A DNA stretch of 64,000 nucleotides from a virus (Duplodnaviria > Caudoviricetes). The position numbers and the translations under genes were made by a program. This document shows positions 29,123 through 39,349 of the stretch, one piece after another. Numbering within the stretch: the stretch's first letter is position 1; each line of letters opens with the position of its first letter. The stretch is taken from IMG/VR virus record IMGVR_UViG_3300046788_000091, positions 2,135 to 66,134 of that record. One strand, written 5' to 3'. The notes beneath the pieces are model-generated. The model worked only from the letters and a program-made list of their open reading frames with translations. It was not told where the DNA came from and searched no databases.

Positions 29123-29151
29123 ACATAACGCGCGCGCGTCTTGTAACGCAA
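29123..29151 (-). promoter_or_regulatory. Predicted portal promoter TTGCGT-N17-TTATGT with a (CG)5 tract in the spacer
   Basis: -35 at 29151-29146, (CG)5 at 29129-29138, ATG 9 nt after the -10. Confidence 0.4.
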
Positions 29152-29197
29152 GTTTCCTAGAAAAATAGGTTACTTGTGAAATAGTATAAAAAGGGTA

Positions 29198-29225
29198 TTG
29201 CGCTTATTCGGGAGAGTGTTAGATT
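29198..29225 (+). promoter_or_regulatory. Predicted promoter TTGCGC-N16-TAGATT, leaderless
   Basis: ATG at 29232 is exactly 6 nt after the -10. Confidence 0.45.
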
Positions 29226-29231
29226 AAGGGC

Positions 29232-29804
29232 ATGGGAAACGAAAATCAATACTCACTGAATCACACGGCAATCGTTCAAGACCATATGTCAGATCACGAA
29301 GACACGGCAGTGAGCGTAATCCCTCCGGAGTTTGCTGAATTCACCAAAGGTCGTACTAGATCCATGACTCGTCCGTATTTCTTCGCTCCTACTAAGATTA
29401 TTCTTACACTTCTTGTAATTGGTTTTCTCGGTGCGTGTGGCGGTTGGAGCAAGAGTGACACGCTTCGTGAGTTTGCTTTTACAGGAGTTACTTCAGCCGA
29501 TTGGTATCAGACTAATTCTATTGTGCAAACTTGTAGTGAACAAAATCCCGTTATGGGTCACTGTGGACAAAACATTAGGCCTAATTTTTATATGCCTACG
29601 GCTATTGTCCTACATGCACTTGTCTCGGCTGCGTTACCTAGCAAGTATCGTGATGCGTGGCAGTATACTACTCTTGGAGCAGAGGGCTTGCAGGTGTGGT
29701 CTAATTATCGCAATGGCTGGGGATGGTCTTCGCCTCCGTTGGATACTAGCACTGTTAATAGCGTATTGGTCACTAAGACCAGTGGACTTGTGGGGCATCT
29801 GTGA
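29232..29804 (+). CDS. Moron-like membrane/lipoprotein on the opposite strand
   Basis: Only plus-strand gene in the late arm; IILTLLVIGFLGAC lipobox-like segment; DWYQT..EQNPVMG motif. Confidence 0.55.
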   Translation: MGNENQYSLNHTAIVQDHMSDHEDTAVSVIPPEFAEFTKGRTRSMTRPYFFAPTKIILTLLVIGFLGACGGWSKSDTLREFAFTGVTSADWYQTNSIVQTCSEQNPVMGHCGQNIRPNFYMPTAIVLHALVSAALPSKYRDAWQYTTLGAEGLQVWSNYRNGWGWSSPPLDTSTVNSVLVTKTSGLVGHL

Positions 29805-29894
29805 AACACTTTATTGTTCCAACTAAATGCGCCTGGCTATGTACGTGCGGATTAAATTTCCTGAGATTACAGCACGCGCTCAATCACTGCCGAC

Positions 29895-30119
29895 CTAGTT
29901 CAAAGTCTTAGATAAAACTGCTACACGTATTGCGTCACAGTCTGGTGTAAGTCTAGACATGACGCTGGTCTTAACCCATTCTTGAAACTGAGGCTTGATA
30001 TAGGTAGCGTATCCTACTTGGATAAATACTGAGTCGAAATGCTCACCTATAGTCGCGTCGAATACTGGACGCTCGCCTTTTTCTAGGTCGGGGGATTCTA
30101 TAAAGCTGGCGTGTTTCAT
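29895..30119 (-). CDS. Small hypothetical protein
   Basis: Start MKHASF at 30119 overlaps the previous stop. Confidence 0.4.
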   Translation of the reverse strand: MKHASFIESPDLEKGERPVFDATIGEHFDSVFIQVGYATYIKPQFQEWVKTSVMSRLTPDCDAIRVAVLSKTLN

Positions 30120-30451
30120 TAAAAAACCTTTCCGCAAGTTATACAATGATTAGCGGGCATTAGCCAATTAGTATATGGCGCGATATCAAAACTATTGCAT
30201 GAGGGACACTGTAATCTGATTATCTTTTCTGTGCTATCTTTAGAGGGATCTACGTATTTCGGGATTCGATCACAATCTCCCGGACAATAAAGTGTGTTTA
30301 GCAGAGGCTTTTTCTCTCTGCCACACTGTGTACAAAACTCTTTCTTGTAATCATCCAAAGGGTAATCCTGATTTAATGGATTTAGGTGGATTGTTGACCA
30401 CTTGCGGAATAACCATTTGTGCGGCGTTGTAACAGTGTGCCATTGCGTCAA
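30119..30451 (-). CDS. Cys-rich zinc-finger protein (true start probably near the terL stop)
   Basis: CTQCG, CPGDC, CPSC, CITCG. Confidence 0.45.
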   Translation of the reverse strand: MTQWHTVTTPHKWLFRKWSTIHLNPLNQDYPLDDYKKEFCTQCGREKKPLLNTLYCPGDCDRIPKYVDPSKDSTEKIIRLQCPSCNSFDIAPYTNWLMPANHCITCGKVF

Positions 30452-31802
30452 TTTGATCGTCGTGACGATCTTTAATGCCTGTAAAAGCTTCTACTTCTCT
30501 TAGAAAATCATGAAGCCAGGGATTATCTCGAATATTTTCAGGTACGCGCACTCGTCCGTCATTCCATGCGGCAGATACAGGCAAAGAACGAGTAAACTTG
30601 TCGCCTAAGACAGCAGCCTCAATGACTCTAAGTTTTTTGTCAAGATTTCGTAGCATCTGAGGGACTGCTTTAAATCCTGCTACAGATTCGACTGCAATCG
30701 GTGCTCCCCATTTTACGGATAAATCCCTAAGACGTGCGACAAACTCCGGGATAGTCACCTGTTTACGATAGACTTCGAGAATGTCTCCCTTAAAATCTAG
30801 AGTGTTCCATTCACCTTGAAAAGCCATGACTACAGCGCTGGAGTAATCCGCGCTGGTCTTTTCTGTAGCAGCCGGATCTGCACCTATTATAATCTTGTAA
30901 GGCTTATCACGTTCTACGATCATAGGAAATTCGTAACGTGTGGCGCTTCCGAACATACGCCCACCCTTGGGCCTAGGCTGTCCTTGGAAGAGCGAAGCCC
31001 AGTCATACTCACCTACGAGCCGGCGCTTCCGTTCGAGCTCTCCTAGGGGCCAGCGAGAGGGCCACAGAGCGTGTCCGTTGCCTGTGGAGTCATAGGCGAT
31101 GGCAGGAGCGCTGATCCCTATCCATGCCTGTGGCGTTCCGTCCCATTCTTTCTTTATACGCCCGATAAGATCGTCGTCATGCCAACGCGTTTGGCAGACG
31201 ATTACACTACCTCCGGGCTCTACACGTGTAAGTGCTGTAGACGTAAACCAGTCCCACACTTTTTGACGTATAACAGGAGATTCGGCTTCTTCGCGATTTT
31301 TAAACGGGTCATCTATAATCAGAAGCTTACAGCCTTTTCCTGTAATCGGTCCTCCTACACCCGTTGCAATTAGCTTACCTCCCTGAATAGTTTCCCACTC
31401 TTTTACATTTCTAGCAGCACGCTTAAATTGCACGCCCGTAGACTCCGCAAGCTCGCGCATGCGTCTAGATTTGGAGTAAGATAGATTGGCTTCGTAGGTG
31501 CAATAGGCTATTTCGGATCTTGGATCTCTGTGTAATCTCCAGGGAACATAGTGTAATAAAGTTTCCGTCTTACTATGACGCGGAGGTATACTAACCCAAC
31601 AATACACGGGTTCGTACTGTGATCTAACTAAGACTTCGGCTAGACGTGCAAGATGCCTCGGACTTTCAAAAGTCGGAGACATAATTGGAATCCAATCCAA
31701 TAGTGATTCAGCCCCATGCAGAGCTTCGAGTGTCTGCCAGTATTGTATCTCAGCAGGTGTGAGCGGGGTAGAAGTTTTCTTTACAACCGGGGCCATTCCC
31801 AT
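30351..31802 (-). CDS. terL: Terminase large subunit
   Basis: IPPRHSKT Walker A, GVGGPITGKG..LIIDDP Walker B, QTRWHDDDL, GADPA and HDDQIDA nuclease motifs. Confidence 0.95.
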   Translation of the reverse strand: MGMAPVVKKTSTPLTPAEIQYWQTLEALHGAESLLDWIPIMSPTFESPRHLARLAEVLVRSQYEPVYCWVSIPPRHSKTETLLHYVPWRLHRDPRSEIAYCTYEANLSYSKSRRMRELAESTGVQFKRAARNVKEWETIQGGKLIATGVGGPITGKGCKLLIIDDPFKNREEAESPVIRQKVWDWFTSTALTRVEPGGSVIVCQTRWHDDDLIGRIKKEWDGTPQAWIGISAPAIAYDSTGNGHALWPSRWPLGELERKRRLVGEYDWASLFQGQPRPKGGRMFGSATRYEFPMIVERDKPYKIIIGADPAATEKTSADYSSAVVMAFQGEWNTLDFKGDILEVYRKQVTIPEFVARLRDLSVKWGAPIAVESVAGFKAVPQMLRNLDKKLRVIEAAVLGDKFTRSLPVSAAWNDGRVRVPENIRDNPWLHDFLREVEAFTGIKDRHDDQIDAMAHCYNAAQMVIPQVVNNPPKSIKSGLPFG

Positions 31803-32044
31803 GGCTTACGCCCCTGTATCATCGCTTGCAAGTTTCGTTTAGGAATCAGCGAGATAATAATATGTTTATTCTTATAATGGCAATATCCACAAGCAGCATC
31901 ATATACATCTGCCTCGTCCGCAGCTATGATATATTGATGCCCACATGACTTGCAGCCCGTCACTTCGCCCCAAAATATATCATGCTCTTCTCGATTAAGG
32001 GGTGTGATATCTATCCTACTATATAAATAATCTAGAATAGACAT
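31781..32044 (-). CDS. Small zinc-finger protein
   Basis: CKSCG..CGYC. Confidence 0.45.
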   Translation of the reverse strand: MSILDYLYSRIDITPLNREEHDIFWGEVTGCKSCGHQYIIAADEADVYDAACGYCHYKNKHIIISLIPKRNLQAMIQGRKPWEWPRL

Positions 32045-32220
32045 AATATCTTACATGTATCTTCTCTTGCTTCTAGCTCATACATACGCACGTGTACATC
32101 ACAGAATCTCCGACAGTCTACTCTCTCTCGTGTACAGTGATAATATGCACACAAGTTCATTGGATGCGCGATATACGCCGGGACAAATCCCTTCCAGTTT
32201 TTCTTAATTATATTGCGCAT
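32032..32220 (-). CDS. Small Cys/His-rich protein
   Basis: CAYYHC..CRRFCDVH; coupled ORF. Confidence 0.4.
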   Translation of the reverse strand: MRNIIKKNWKGFVPAYIAHPMNLCAYYHCTRERVDCRRFCDVHVRMYELEAREDTCKILCLF

Positions 32221-32768
32221 TCACACTTTTGACATATGCACTGGTTTTTAAATGTGTTCCAGAGAATTTGTTTCTGGCAACACAGGGATAGGCGCATAGC
32301 ACAGAACGTATTCCATTCTAAATAACTAATAGGACTGATATCGTAGCCACAATCTTCACGTTCCGGGGTTGGGAGAGCTTGTAATTGTGGAGCGATACTT
32401 TTTACAGCAGAGTTCGCGCCCCCAATAGTATAAGTCCAGGGGAGTGCCATTCTCTCACCCGGCTCTATAATTTCTTTTTCTAATCCTAACGAAAATATAC
32501 TTATACGATTATCAGTTGGATTCCAATAAAACACTTCATATTGTCTTAATCCTACTTTTTGTAGCACGAGAGGATCTCCGAATTCTTTAATTAACGTCTT
32601 AATCCATGCCGGGATAAAGTACTCGCCCGATGATAATACAAACTTTTCTAGTTGACTTTCTAGATAGGGGTATATTGGGTCAAACACTAGTTTAGCTCTC
32701 TGTATCATGCGATAGGCTACTGCTGTGTAGAATACTCTCTCTTCGTCTACTACTTTCCTGAGATTCAT
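32208..32768 (-). CDS. Hypothetical protein
   Basis: 186-aa ORF between terS and terL. Confidence 0.5.
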   Translation of the reverse strand: MNLRKVVDEERVFYTAVAYRMIQRAKLVFDPIYPYLESQLEKFVLSSGEYFIPAWIKTLIKEFGDPLVLQKVGLRQYEVFYWNPTDNRISIFSLGLEKEIIEPGERMALPWTYTIGGANSAVKSIAPQLQALPTPEREDCGYDISPISYLEWNTFCAMRLSLCCQKQILWNTFKNQCICQKCECAI

Positions 32769-32847
32769 TAGGAGGCTCTAGGCGCGCTCGGGATAGGGGG
32801 GTGGGGGGTTATCGCTCCTAACAGGGAAAAACGCAGTGGAGGGCAAA

Positions 32848-33342
32848 CTAGGAACTCTCAGATGCGTCCCGGAGGGCGTTCAGGTCTATGTCAGCTTCTT
32901 CCGCTGCTTTGTGAATAGATTTTTTAGCATGCAGAGCACGAATACGCTCGCGGATGATATCGGCATCCGGAGTTCCTGTGGCTTCGAGTGTCTTGTTTGC
33001 AGCCTGGGACTTGTCTGTATTAATCCCACGCATCTTGTGAATATGTTCTAGAATCTTAGCAGCTGCGGACATCTGGCACAAGTTTTTTGCTTGCTCGTAA
33101 AGATTATAAGCTTGCTCGATAGCCTGAGCCATTGCAAATGGTTCGTTCTCTGTGTTCAGATCATGAAATCTCTCGTAACACCGATTAAGATCTCTACGCG
33201 CAGTCTGTTCGCTCGTGCCCGGGAAAGCGGACATGAGCTCCATGATAATTTTCGCGTCGGATTTGTCTTGCCCAAAGCCGTTACTCCACAGCCACGCAAG
33301 CCGGGTATTAGATTTGGGGTCATAGTGAGGTTTACGGGCCAT
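32848..33342 (-). CDS. terS: Putative terminase small subunit
   Basis: HTH-like GTSEQTARRDL, AAAKILEHIHKMRG helix; position upstream of terL. Confidence 0.6.
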   Translation of the reverse strand: MARKPHYDPKSNTRLAWLWSNGFGQDKSDAKIIMELMSAFPGTSEQTARRDLNRCYERFHDLNTENEPFAMAQAIEQAYNLYEQAKNLCQMSAAAKILEHIHKMRGINTDKSQAANKTLEATGTPDADIIRERIRALHAKKSIHKAAEEADIDLNALRDASESS

Positions 33343-33351
33343 AGCAGGGCT

Positions 33352-33380
33352 AGACTACTCTTCGTCTGAAATGTTAGCAA
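33352..33380 (-). promoter_or_regulatory. Predicted late promoter TTGCTA-N17-TAGTCT for terS
   Basis: Hexamers at 33380-33375 and 33357-33352; ATG 9 nt downstream. Confidence 0.5.
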
Positions 33381-33855
33381 GTTTATACTTGTTTTTATTG
33401 GGATGATACTTTGCTTGTAGACTGGCTTTTTGAGAAAAAGAGGCTCTCAAAAGTTCTCCGACGACAGATAGTCTTTTCTCATCTCTAAAACGAGAATCTG
33501 TCATCTGTAAATGATTCTGTTCTAGTTGTAACTCTCTAATATAATTATTTAAGCGCATTTTATCTATGCGCCACTCATACATACGTTGTTTACTAATTTC
33601 ACTTTTAGTAGTCATTCGCCTCTTGCAGCCGCAGGACTTGTTTTCTCCTTTTTGTAAGACGTATTCTGATATAAGAAATACTTTCCCACATGAGCAAGAG
33701 CATTCCCATATGTGCCCCTGCTTAATATAAGATGGCGGAGTGTTATCAAATTCCGGATGGTGTAATATATCAATCACAGGACCTATCACCTCAATATCTC
33801 CTATTTTTACTCCCTCTATAATGAATATTTTCTTTTTAATTTCAGGGGGTTGCAT
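33355..33855 (-). CDS. Protein with homing-endonuclease-type N-terminal zinc module (W.C.C.CG..SCGC), no catalytic HNH seen
   Basis: HIWECSCSCGKVF..GENKSCGC; leaderless, TTGACT-N17-TAATCT then 6 nt then ATG (33890-33862). Confidence 0.55.
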   Translation of the reverse strand: MQPPEIKKKIFIIEGVKIGDIEVIGPVIDILHHPEFDNTPPSYIKQGHIWECSCSCGKVFLISEYVLQKGENKSCGCKRRMTTKSEISKQRMYEWRIDKMRLNNYIRELQLEQNHLQMTDSRFRDEKRLSVVGELLRASFSQKASLQAKYHPNKNKYKLANISDEE

Positions 33856-34350
33856 TTTTAAAGATTAACAGATGTATATCCTTAAGTCAAGTTTGTCTTT
33901 ATATGAATGATATTCCGGGCTTAGAGAAACGGGAACCTAAGACACTGTAATATTGTAAAAGCCGGGTACCCCCCCAAATGAAATCCAGGGTCTTTTCCAC
34001 CCTCTTGACGCATGCAGACAAATGAGTATTTACGTGCTGTTATCTGTCTTAAGGAGCACGGAACGGGAAAGTACCCCCCCCATCCTTGCCCTTTTCTAGG
34101 GGAAAGGGGGCTCGATCTTCGGCCTCACCCTTATATATCCTAGCGTACTGTTACTAAGGTCCTCTTTCTCTTGTATCTGGGAAACCCTCTAGAGTACCTG
34201 GAGCTAACATGACATATAATATATATCAATAACTTAGCTTTGGTTATTGCCTGGGAAAGCCCCCGGCCATGCTATGGAGCATTTACATACCTAACTTCAA
34301 CAAAGTGGCAAAAAGCCCCTATTCGAATTTTCTTGACTATTTAAATACCT

Positions 34351-34471
34351 CCTGTCAGAATCGCTCAGAAACTATTTTTACGCTCACCAATAATTTCCGT
34401 TTTCGGGCAATCCCCCTGTCAGAATCACTCAGAAACTATTTTTACGCTCACCAATAATTTCCGTTTTCGGG
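34351..34471. repeat. Two 57-bp direct repeats (period 64, one mismatch) in the divergent non-coding region
   Basis: CCTGTCAGAATC(G/A)CTCAGAAACTATTTTTACGCTCACCAATAATTTCCGTTTTCGGG at 34351-34407 and 34415-34471. Confidence 0.95.
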
Positions 34472-34481
34472 TCAAATTAAA

Positions 34482-34886
34482 ATGCGACATTCTTCCTATT
34501 TCCGTATCGGATCCAAAGTCACAGCCCTCGATATTAAGTCACAAATGACAATCGAAGGTATCTACAAAGGCATGCGACCCTCATATGGAGCCGTCGTTTT
34601 TGGTAGACCAATAGGCACAAATCTATCCCCAGAAGATTATTTGTGCTATAAAGTCACCATGCGAATTAACATACCAAAGCCCCCACTGGGCGCGCTCAGA
34701 GGAAAGATCAAGCACCCAGATAAAGTCAAAGGCTATACACCTGAGGGCAGAATAGCAGCCGGAACCTACATGAACAAAGAAGGTCAATATGCTTGGATTC
34801 GTGGATACGTAGAAGGGGACAGCATGCTCGATGCCAAGCATAAGATCAAAGTTTTACATCATACGCTAATTAGGCTTGACAATTAG
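34482..34886 (+). CDS. Hypothetical early protein
   Basis: 134-aa first ORF of the right arm. Confidence 0.55.
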   Translation: MRHSSYFRIGSKVTALDIKSQMTIEGIYKGMRPSYGAVVFGRPIGTNLSPEDYLCYKVTMRINIPKPPLGALRGKIKHPDKVKGYTPEGRIAAGTYMNKEGQYAWIRGYVEGDSMLDAKHKIKVLHHTLIRLDN

Positions 34887-34925
34887 TTTTTGTGTATTAT
34901 AAGTATTGATAGTCAGATATCATGT

Positions 34926-35297
34926 ATGATTAAGCAACCTAAATCCGGCTCCGGCCACGGCGACGGCTCCGGCCACGGCGACGGCTACGGCTACGGCCGC
35001 GGCTCCGGCACCGGCTCCGGCACCGGCACCGGCGACGGCGACGGCTACGGCCACGGCGACGGCCAAGGCCACGGCCACGGCAGCGGCACCGGCACCGGCG
35101 ACGGCGACGGCGGCGGCTACGGCCACGGCACCGGCTACGGCTACGGCTACGGCTCCGGCCACGGCCACGGCAACGGCACCGGCGACGGCGACGACAAAGA
35201 AATAATTATATATAAACTATCAGATTTAGATCTTACTCCCCTGTCTATCAACGAATATAGGAGCTTCTATGTTTCTCAAGAAAAAAGTGATTATTAG
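34926..35297 (+). CDS. (Gly-X)41 repeat protein, cassette 1 (123 aa)
   Basis: MIKQPKS-(GX)41-DKEIIIYKLSDLDLTPLSINEYRSFYVSQEKSDY. Confidence 0.7.
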   Translation: MIKQPKSGSGHGDGSGHGDGYGYGRGSGTGSGTGTGDGDGYGHGDGQGHGHGSGTGTGDGDGGGYGHGTGYGYGYGSGHGHGNGTGDGDDKEIIIYKLSDLDLTPLSINEYRSFYVSQEKSDY

Positions 35298-35300
35298 AAT

Positions 35301-35519
35301 ATGCTTCTAAGACAATTTTGTATCTGTGGTCGAGAATATGAAGACGGCGAAGACTTTTGCCCAATCTGCCGCAACACTGTCTCTTTCACTATTGTAGAAG
35401 ATGAGTACAGGCCCCGCACTAAGTCAGGCAAGAGAGCTAAACGCCATGAATCAGATTGTGAGTGCTCTGTGTGCGAAGCGCACGGGACTCATCTAAGAGA
35501 GCTAAATTTTGATGATTAA
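35301..35519 (+). CDS. Small zinc-finger protein
   Basis: CICG..CPIC..HESDCECSVC. Confidence 0.55.
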   Translation: MLLRQFCICGREYEDGEDFCPICRNTVSFTIVEDEYRPRTKSGKRAKRHESDCECSVCEAHGTHLRELNFDD

Positions 35520-35860
35520 GCAACCTAAATCCGGCAGCGGCCACGGCCACGGCAGCGGCACCGGCACCGGCGACGGCCACGGCCACGGCAGCGGCCACGG
35601 CTACGGCGACGGCCACGGCAGCGGCCACGGCTACGGCGACGGCCAAGGCCACGGCAGCGGCCACGGCAGCGGCGACGGCAGCGGCGACGGCCACGGCAGC
35701 GGCTACGGCGACGGCCAAGGCCGCGGCAGCGGCCACGGCGACGGCCAAGGCCACGGCCAAGGCCGCGGCCAAGGCCACGGCGACGGCAAAGAAATAACTA
35801 TATATAAACTATCAGATTTAGATATTACTCCCCTGTCTATTAACGAATATAGGAGCTTCT

Positions 35861-35889
<29 letters not shown>
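35512..35889 (+). CDS. (Gly-X)42 repeat protein, cassette 2 (125 aa)
   Basis: Same termini as cassette 1; ATG overlaps the upstream gene end. Confidence 0.7.
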
Positions 35890-36533
<644 letters not shown>

Positions 36534-36811
36534 AAGCAAAACCGTGCCAATCTTGACAGATACCCGTCCTAGACAGTAAGCATCAAGATGCCCTTCCAAT
36601 TTCCCCCATTAGATTGGGATGATGTAACTCCCCTATACGGGTGGTATTCTGAGTTAATTGGTACTTTTGTAACACTGTTCTCATTCGGCTACAATTGGTG
36701 GCCTGATGTGATTGCTTTTCAACTTGATATAGAAGAGATGCCTTTCTGACTCCCTCAGAATTCATAGACTATGTTTTTAAGAGCATTCCAGAAGAGTGCA
36801 AAGACTCTTGC

Positions 36812-39349
36812 GTGTCTCTATGGGAAAAATCTACTAAGCAATCACTTCACATACCCCTCTCCAGCTTCCCCGATAAGTCTTTTGACTTAGACATCACGCA
36901 AGATTCTGCAGATCATAAAGAGATTTATTTTGGCTTAGCTCTTCGCAGACCCAATCTAACTCATGATCAAAGAGGCAAAGCCAGTGATTGCCGAGGTATC
37001 CCAGGATTCTGGCTCGACATAGATATCTCAGACGGCTCCGAAGCGCATGCTGCACAAAATCTCCCTAAGACTCTAGAACAGGCTCTAGAGATTATAATAT
37101 GCGTTCCTGATCCGACCTGTATTGTAGACTCCGGGCATGGCATGCATGTCTATTGGCTATTCGAAAAAGTACATCCGGTCAACGCATCTAATCACTATGA
37201 ATATGCCAAAGCCCTAGAACACTTTCAGCGCAAGATTATAGCGCATGCCAATAAGCTGGGCTATCATGTAGACTCTACACACGATATTACCCGAATCTTA
37301 AGACTTCCAGGGACGGTTAATTATAAAGATACCGCTAATCCTAAACCTGTAGAGATTCTGCATGCCGAAGAAAATCGCTTCGCGTCTCTTAACTCTCTCC
37401 TGCAAGAATCTGGGATAGACACACGCGTAGCACTGCCGTCTTCAAGTATTAAGCAAACGAATCCTATATCTGTCGATTCGGACCCTATCCGCGCACAAAC
37501 ACAGACCGATGAAAAACTTGTCAAAGCCTTACAAAACCTCAAAAACCCACAGTCTAAGTCTCTTATAGATCTAGTTCTCGCCGGAGAGCCGTTCGCCCAA
37601 CTAGGAGCCCGAGACCAGACTCTACAACGCATAGCAGGAATCATAGCTCCGCTTGCCCCAGACAGAGACCCGGACGATCTCGCACGCGACATCCTAGGCC
37701 CGTCTCTCAGCACATTCGCCCCCGAAGACCAAGGCAAGTTCACACAAGAAGACAGAATCTCCTGGGCTGCGGACAAAATCCGCCGAAGCCAAGAAGACAT
37801 ACGCGCCAAGCGCGCCAAAGAAGCACAGCAAAACCAGGCTCTCTACGAGACATTAGTAAAAACCGCGCGCTCACAGACCCGTAGAGATCAATCCCTGGGT
37901 CCCGCTCCCCAGGGGCCTTATACGGATACAGAAGTAGACAACTTCGCTAAGCAGCAAAATACTACGCGTCAAGATTTTAAAAAACGCTGGCTAATCCAAA
38001 AAGGCTCTCAGTTTTTCGTGTATTGTAACGGAGACTATCAGTACCCTGTTGGCGCCGAAGAGCTTGACTCCAGTATCCATAGAGATCTACAGCCGGCCGT
38101 TGCCAACGGTCACGTAGACCTAGAAGTCCAAAGCAAAGCCGGAGATAAGCGCCGTAAATCCGGTAAAGAATGCATGATGGATTATGGATCTGTGGCACGT
38201 AAAATAGTCGCGCGTTTAGATTTAGCTTATTCTTATTACGACGACAACACCCAGACTTTTTATGAATCTGTATGTCCTATACGCCCCCTACAGGCACAAT
38301 ACAATCAACAGGTAGCAGACTGGCTTAAGCTCCTAGGTCTAATCAATCATAACAAACTTCTTGATTGGATATCTGCTATCACGAAACTAGATCGCCAGTG
38401 CGCGGCTCTATACCTCGAAGGCCCTCCGGGTACGGGAAAATCTATGCTCTCCCACGGCCTGGCGAGACTATGGCAAATCGGTGGACCAACTGAGCTAGTC
38501 AGAGTCCTAGGAGATTGGACATCCGACATCGCTCGATGTCCGTTAATTTCAGCCGACGAGCAAATCCCACAGGCATACAAGGGCCAGCGCTCCTCAGCCG
38601 AGCTCCGGGCACTTATCGGATCTTCTTCCCGGACTCTCACCAGAAAATTCGCACACAATGCCGAGCTTATCGGAGCTGTACGAGTCTTTCTGTCTGCAAA
38701 CAACCCGGGCATGCTGTCTTTTGACGGCGAAGATTTATCCCAAGGAGACATGGAAGCTGTCTCCGGGAGATTCTTGCATATCAAAGGCGACAGACAAGCT
38801 AAGAACTATCTAAACTCTATCTCCACACAGGGATGGGTCTCAGACGACATCATAGCCAAGCACGCACTTTGGTTACGTGATAATCACAAATTCACACCCG
38901 GAAAAAGATTCATAGTAGAGGGCTCCGCACGTGAAGTAGCCAAGCAAATAGCCACACAGGGATCCGTAGCAGGTCGCGTCACAGAGTGGCTAGTAAGATT
39001 CCTGTGTGAGCCCCCGGCTAGTTCTTTCGCAGCTCAACAATCCTCCCCGGAACAAAAAAAGCAAGTAATAGTAGGCAACGGGCGTTACTTAGTTTCTACA
39101 AACGCCATCCTGAACTATTGGGAGCAATGGGCAAAAAGCAAGTTTACTCCGAGCACTCCACAGGTAGGCGCGGCCCTCGGGAATTTGTCCTCTAAGAAGA
39201 TCAGAATAGGTAAGACACGCTATTTTGATATTGACATCGAGACAATCTCTCAGTGGGCTGACATGGTGCTAGTAGGCGACTCTCAAACTATTCAGGAACG
39301 TATAGATACGCCGATAGAAGAATTTCAGATGGAAATTGAGAACGAATAA
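36812..39349 (+). CDS. Primase-helicase (RepB/prim-pol-like N-terminus plus P-loop helicase domain)
   Basis: FWLDID, VDSGHGMHVYW, RILRLPGTVNYK primase motifs; LEGPPGTGKS Walker A. Confidence 0.85.
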   Translation: MSLWEKSTKQSLHIPLSSFPDKSFDLDITQDSADHKEIYFGLALRRPNLTHDQRGKASDCRGIPGFWLDIDISDGSEAHAAQNLPKTLEQALEIIICVPDPTCIVDSGHGMHVYWLFEKVHPVNASNHYEYAKALEHFQRKIIAHANKLGYHVDSTHDITRILRLPGTVNYKDTANPKPVEILHAEENRFASLNSLLQESGIDTRVALPSSSIKQTNPISVDSDPIRAQTQTDEKLVKALQNLKNPQSKSLIDLVLAGEPFAQLGARDQTLQRIAGIIAPLAPDRDPDDLARDILGPSLSTFAPEDQGKFTQEDRISWAADKIRRSQEDIRAKRAKEAQQNQALYETLVKTARSQTRRDQSLGPAPQGPYTDTEVDNFAKQQNTTRQDFKKRWLIQKGSQFFVYCNGDYQYPVGAEELDSSIHRDLQPAVANGHVDLEVQSKAGDKRRKSGKECMMDYGSVARKIVARLDLAYSYYDDNTQTFYESVCPIRPLQAQYNQQVADWLKLLGLINHNKLLDWISAITKLDRQCAALYLEGPPGTGKSMLSHGLARLWQIGGPTELVRVLGDWTSDIARCPLISADEQIPQAYKGQRSSAELRALIGSSSRTLTRKFAHNAELIGAVRVFLSANNPGMLSFDGEDLSQGDMEAVSGRFLHIKGDRQAKNYLNSISTQGWVSDDIIAKHALWLRDNHKFTPGKRFIVEGSAREVAKQIATQGSVAGRVTEWLVRFLCEPPASSFAAQQSSPEQKKQVIVGNGRYLVSTNAILNYWEQWAKSKFTPSTPQVGAALGNLSSKKIRIGKTRYFDIDIETISQWADMVLVGDSQTIQERIDTPIEEFQMEIENE

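Noticed and set aside
34269-34457. 62-aa ORF in the divergence region
   Set aside because: It runs through the tandem repeat and has no convincing SD, so it is probably spurious.
34351-34471. CRISPR mini-array
   Set aside because: Only two 57-bp repeats with a 7-bp gap, so there is no spacer-sized unique sequence. The Cas4-like gene is a typical stand-alone phage exonuclease and no other cas genes are present.
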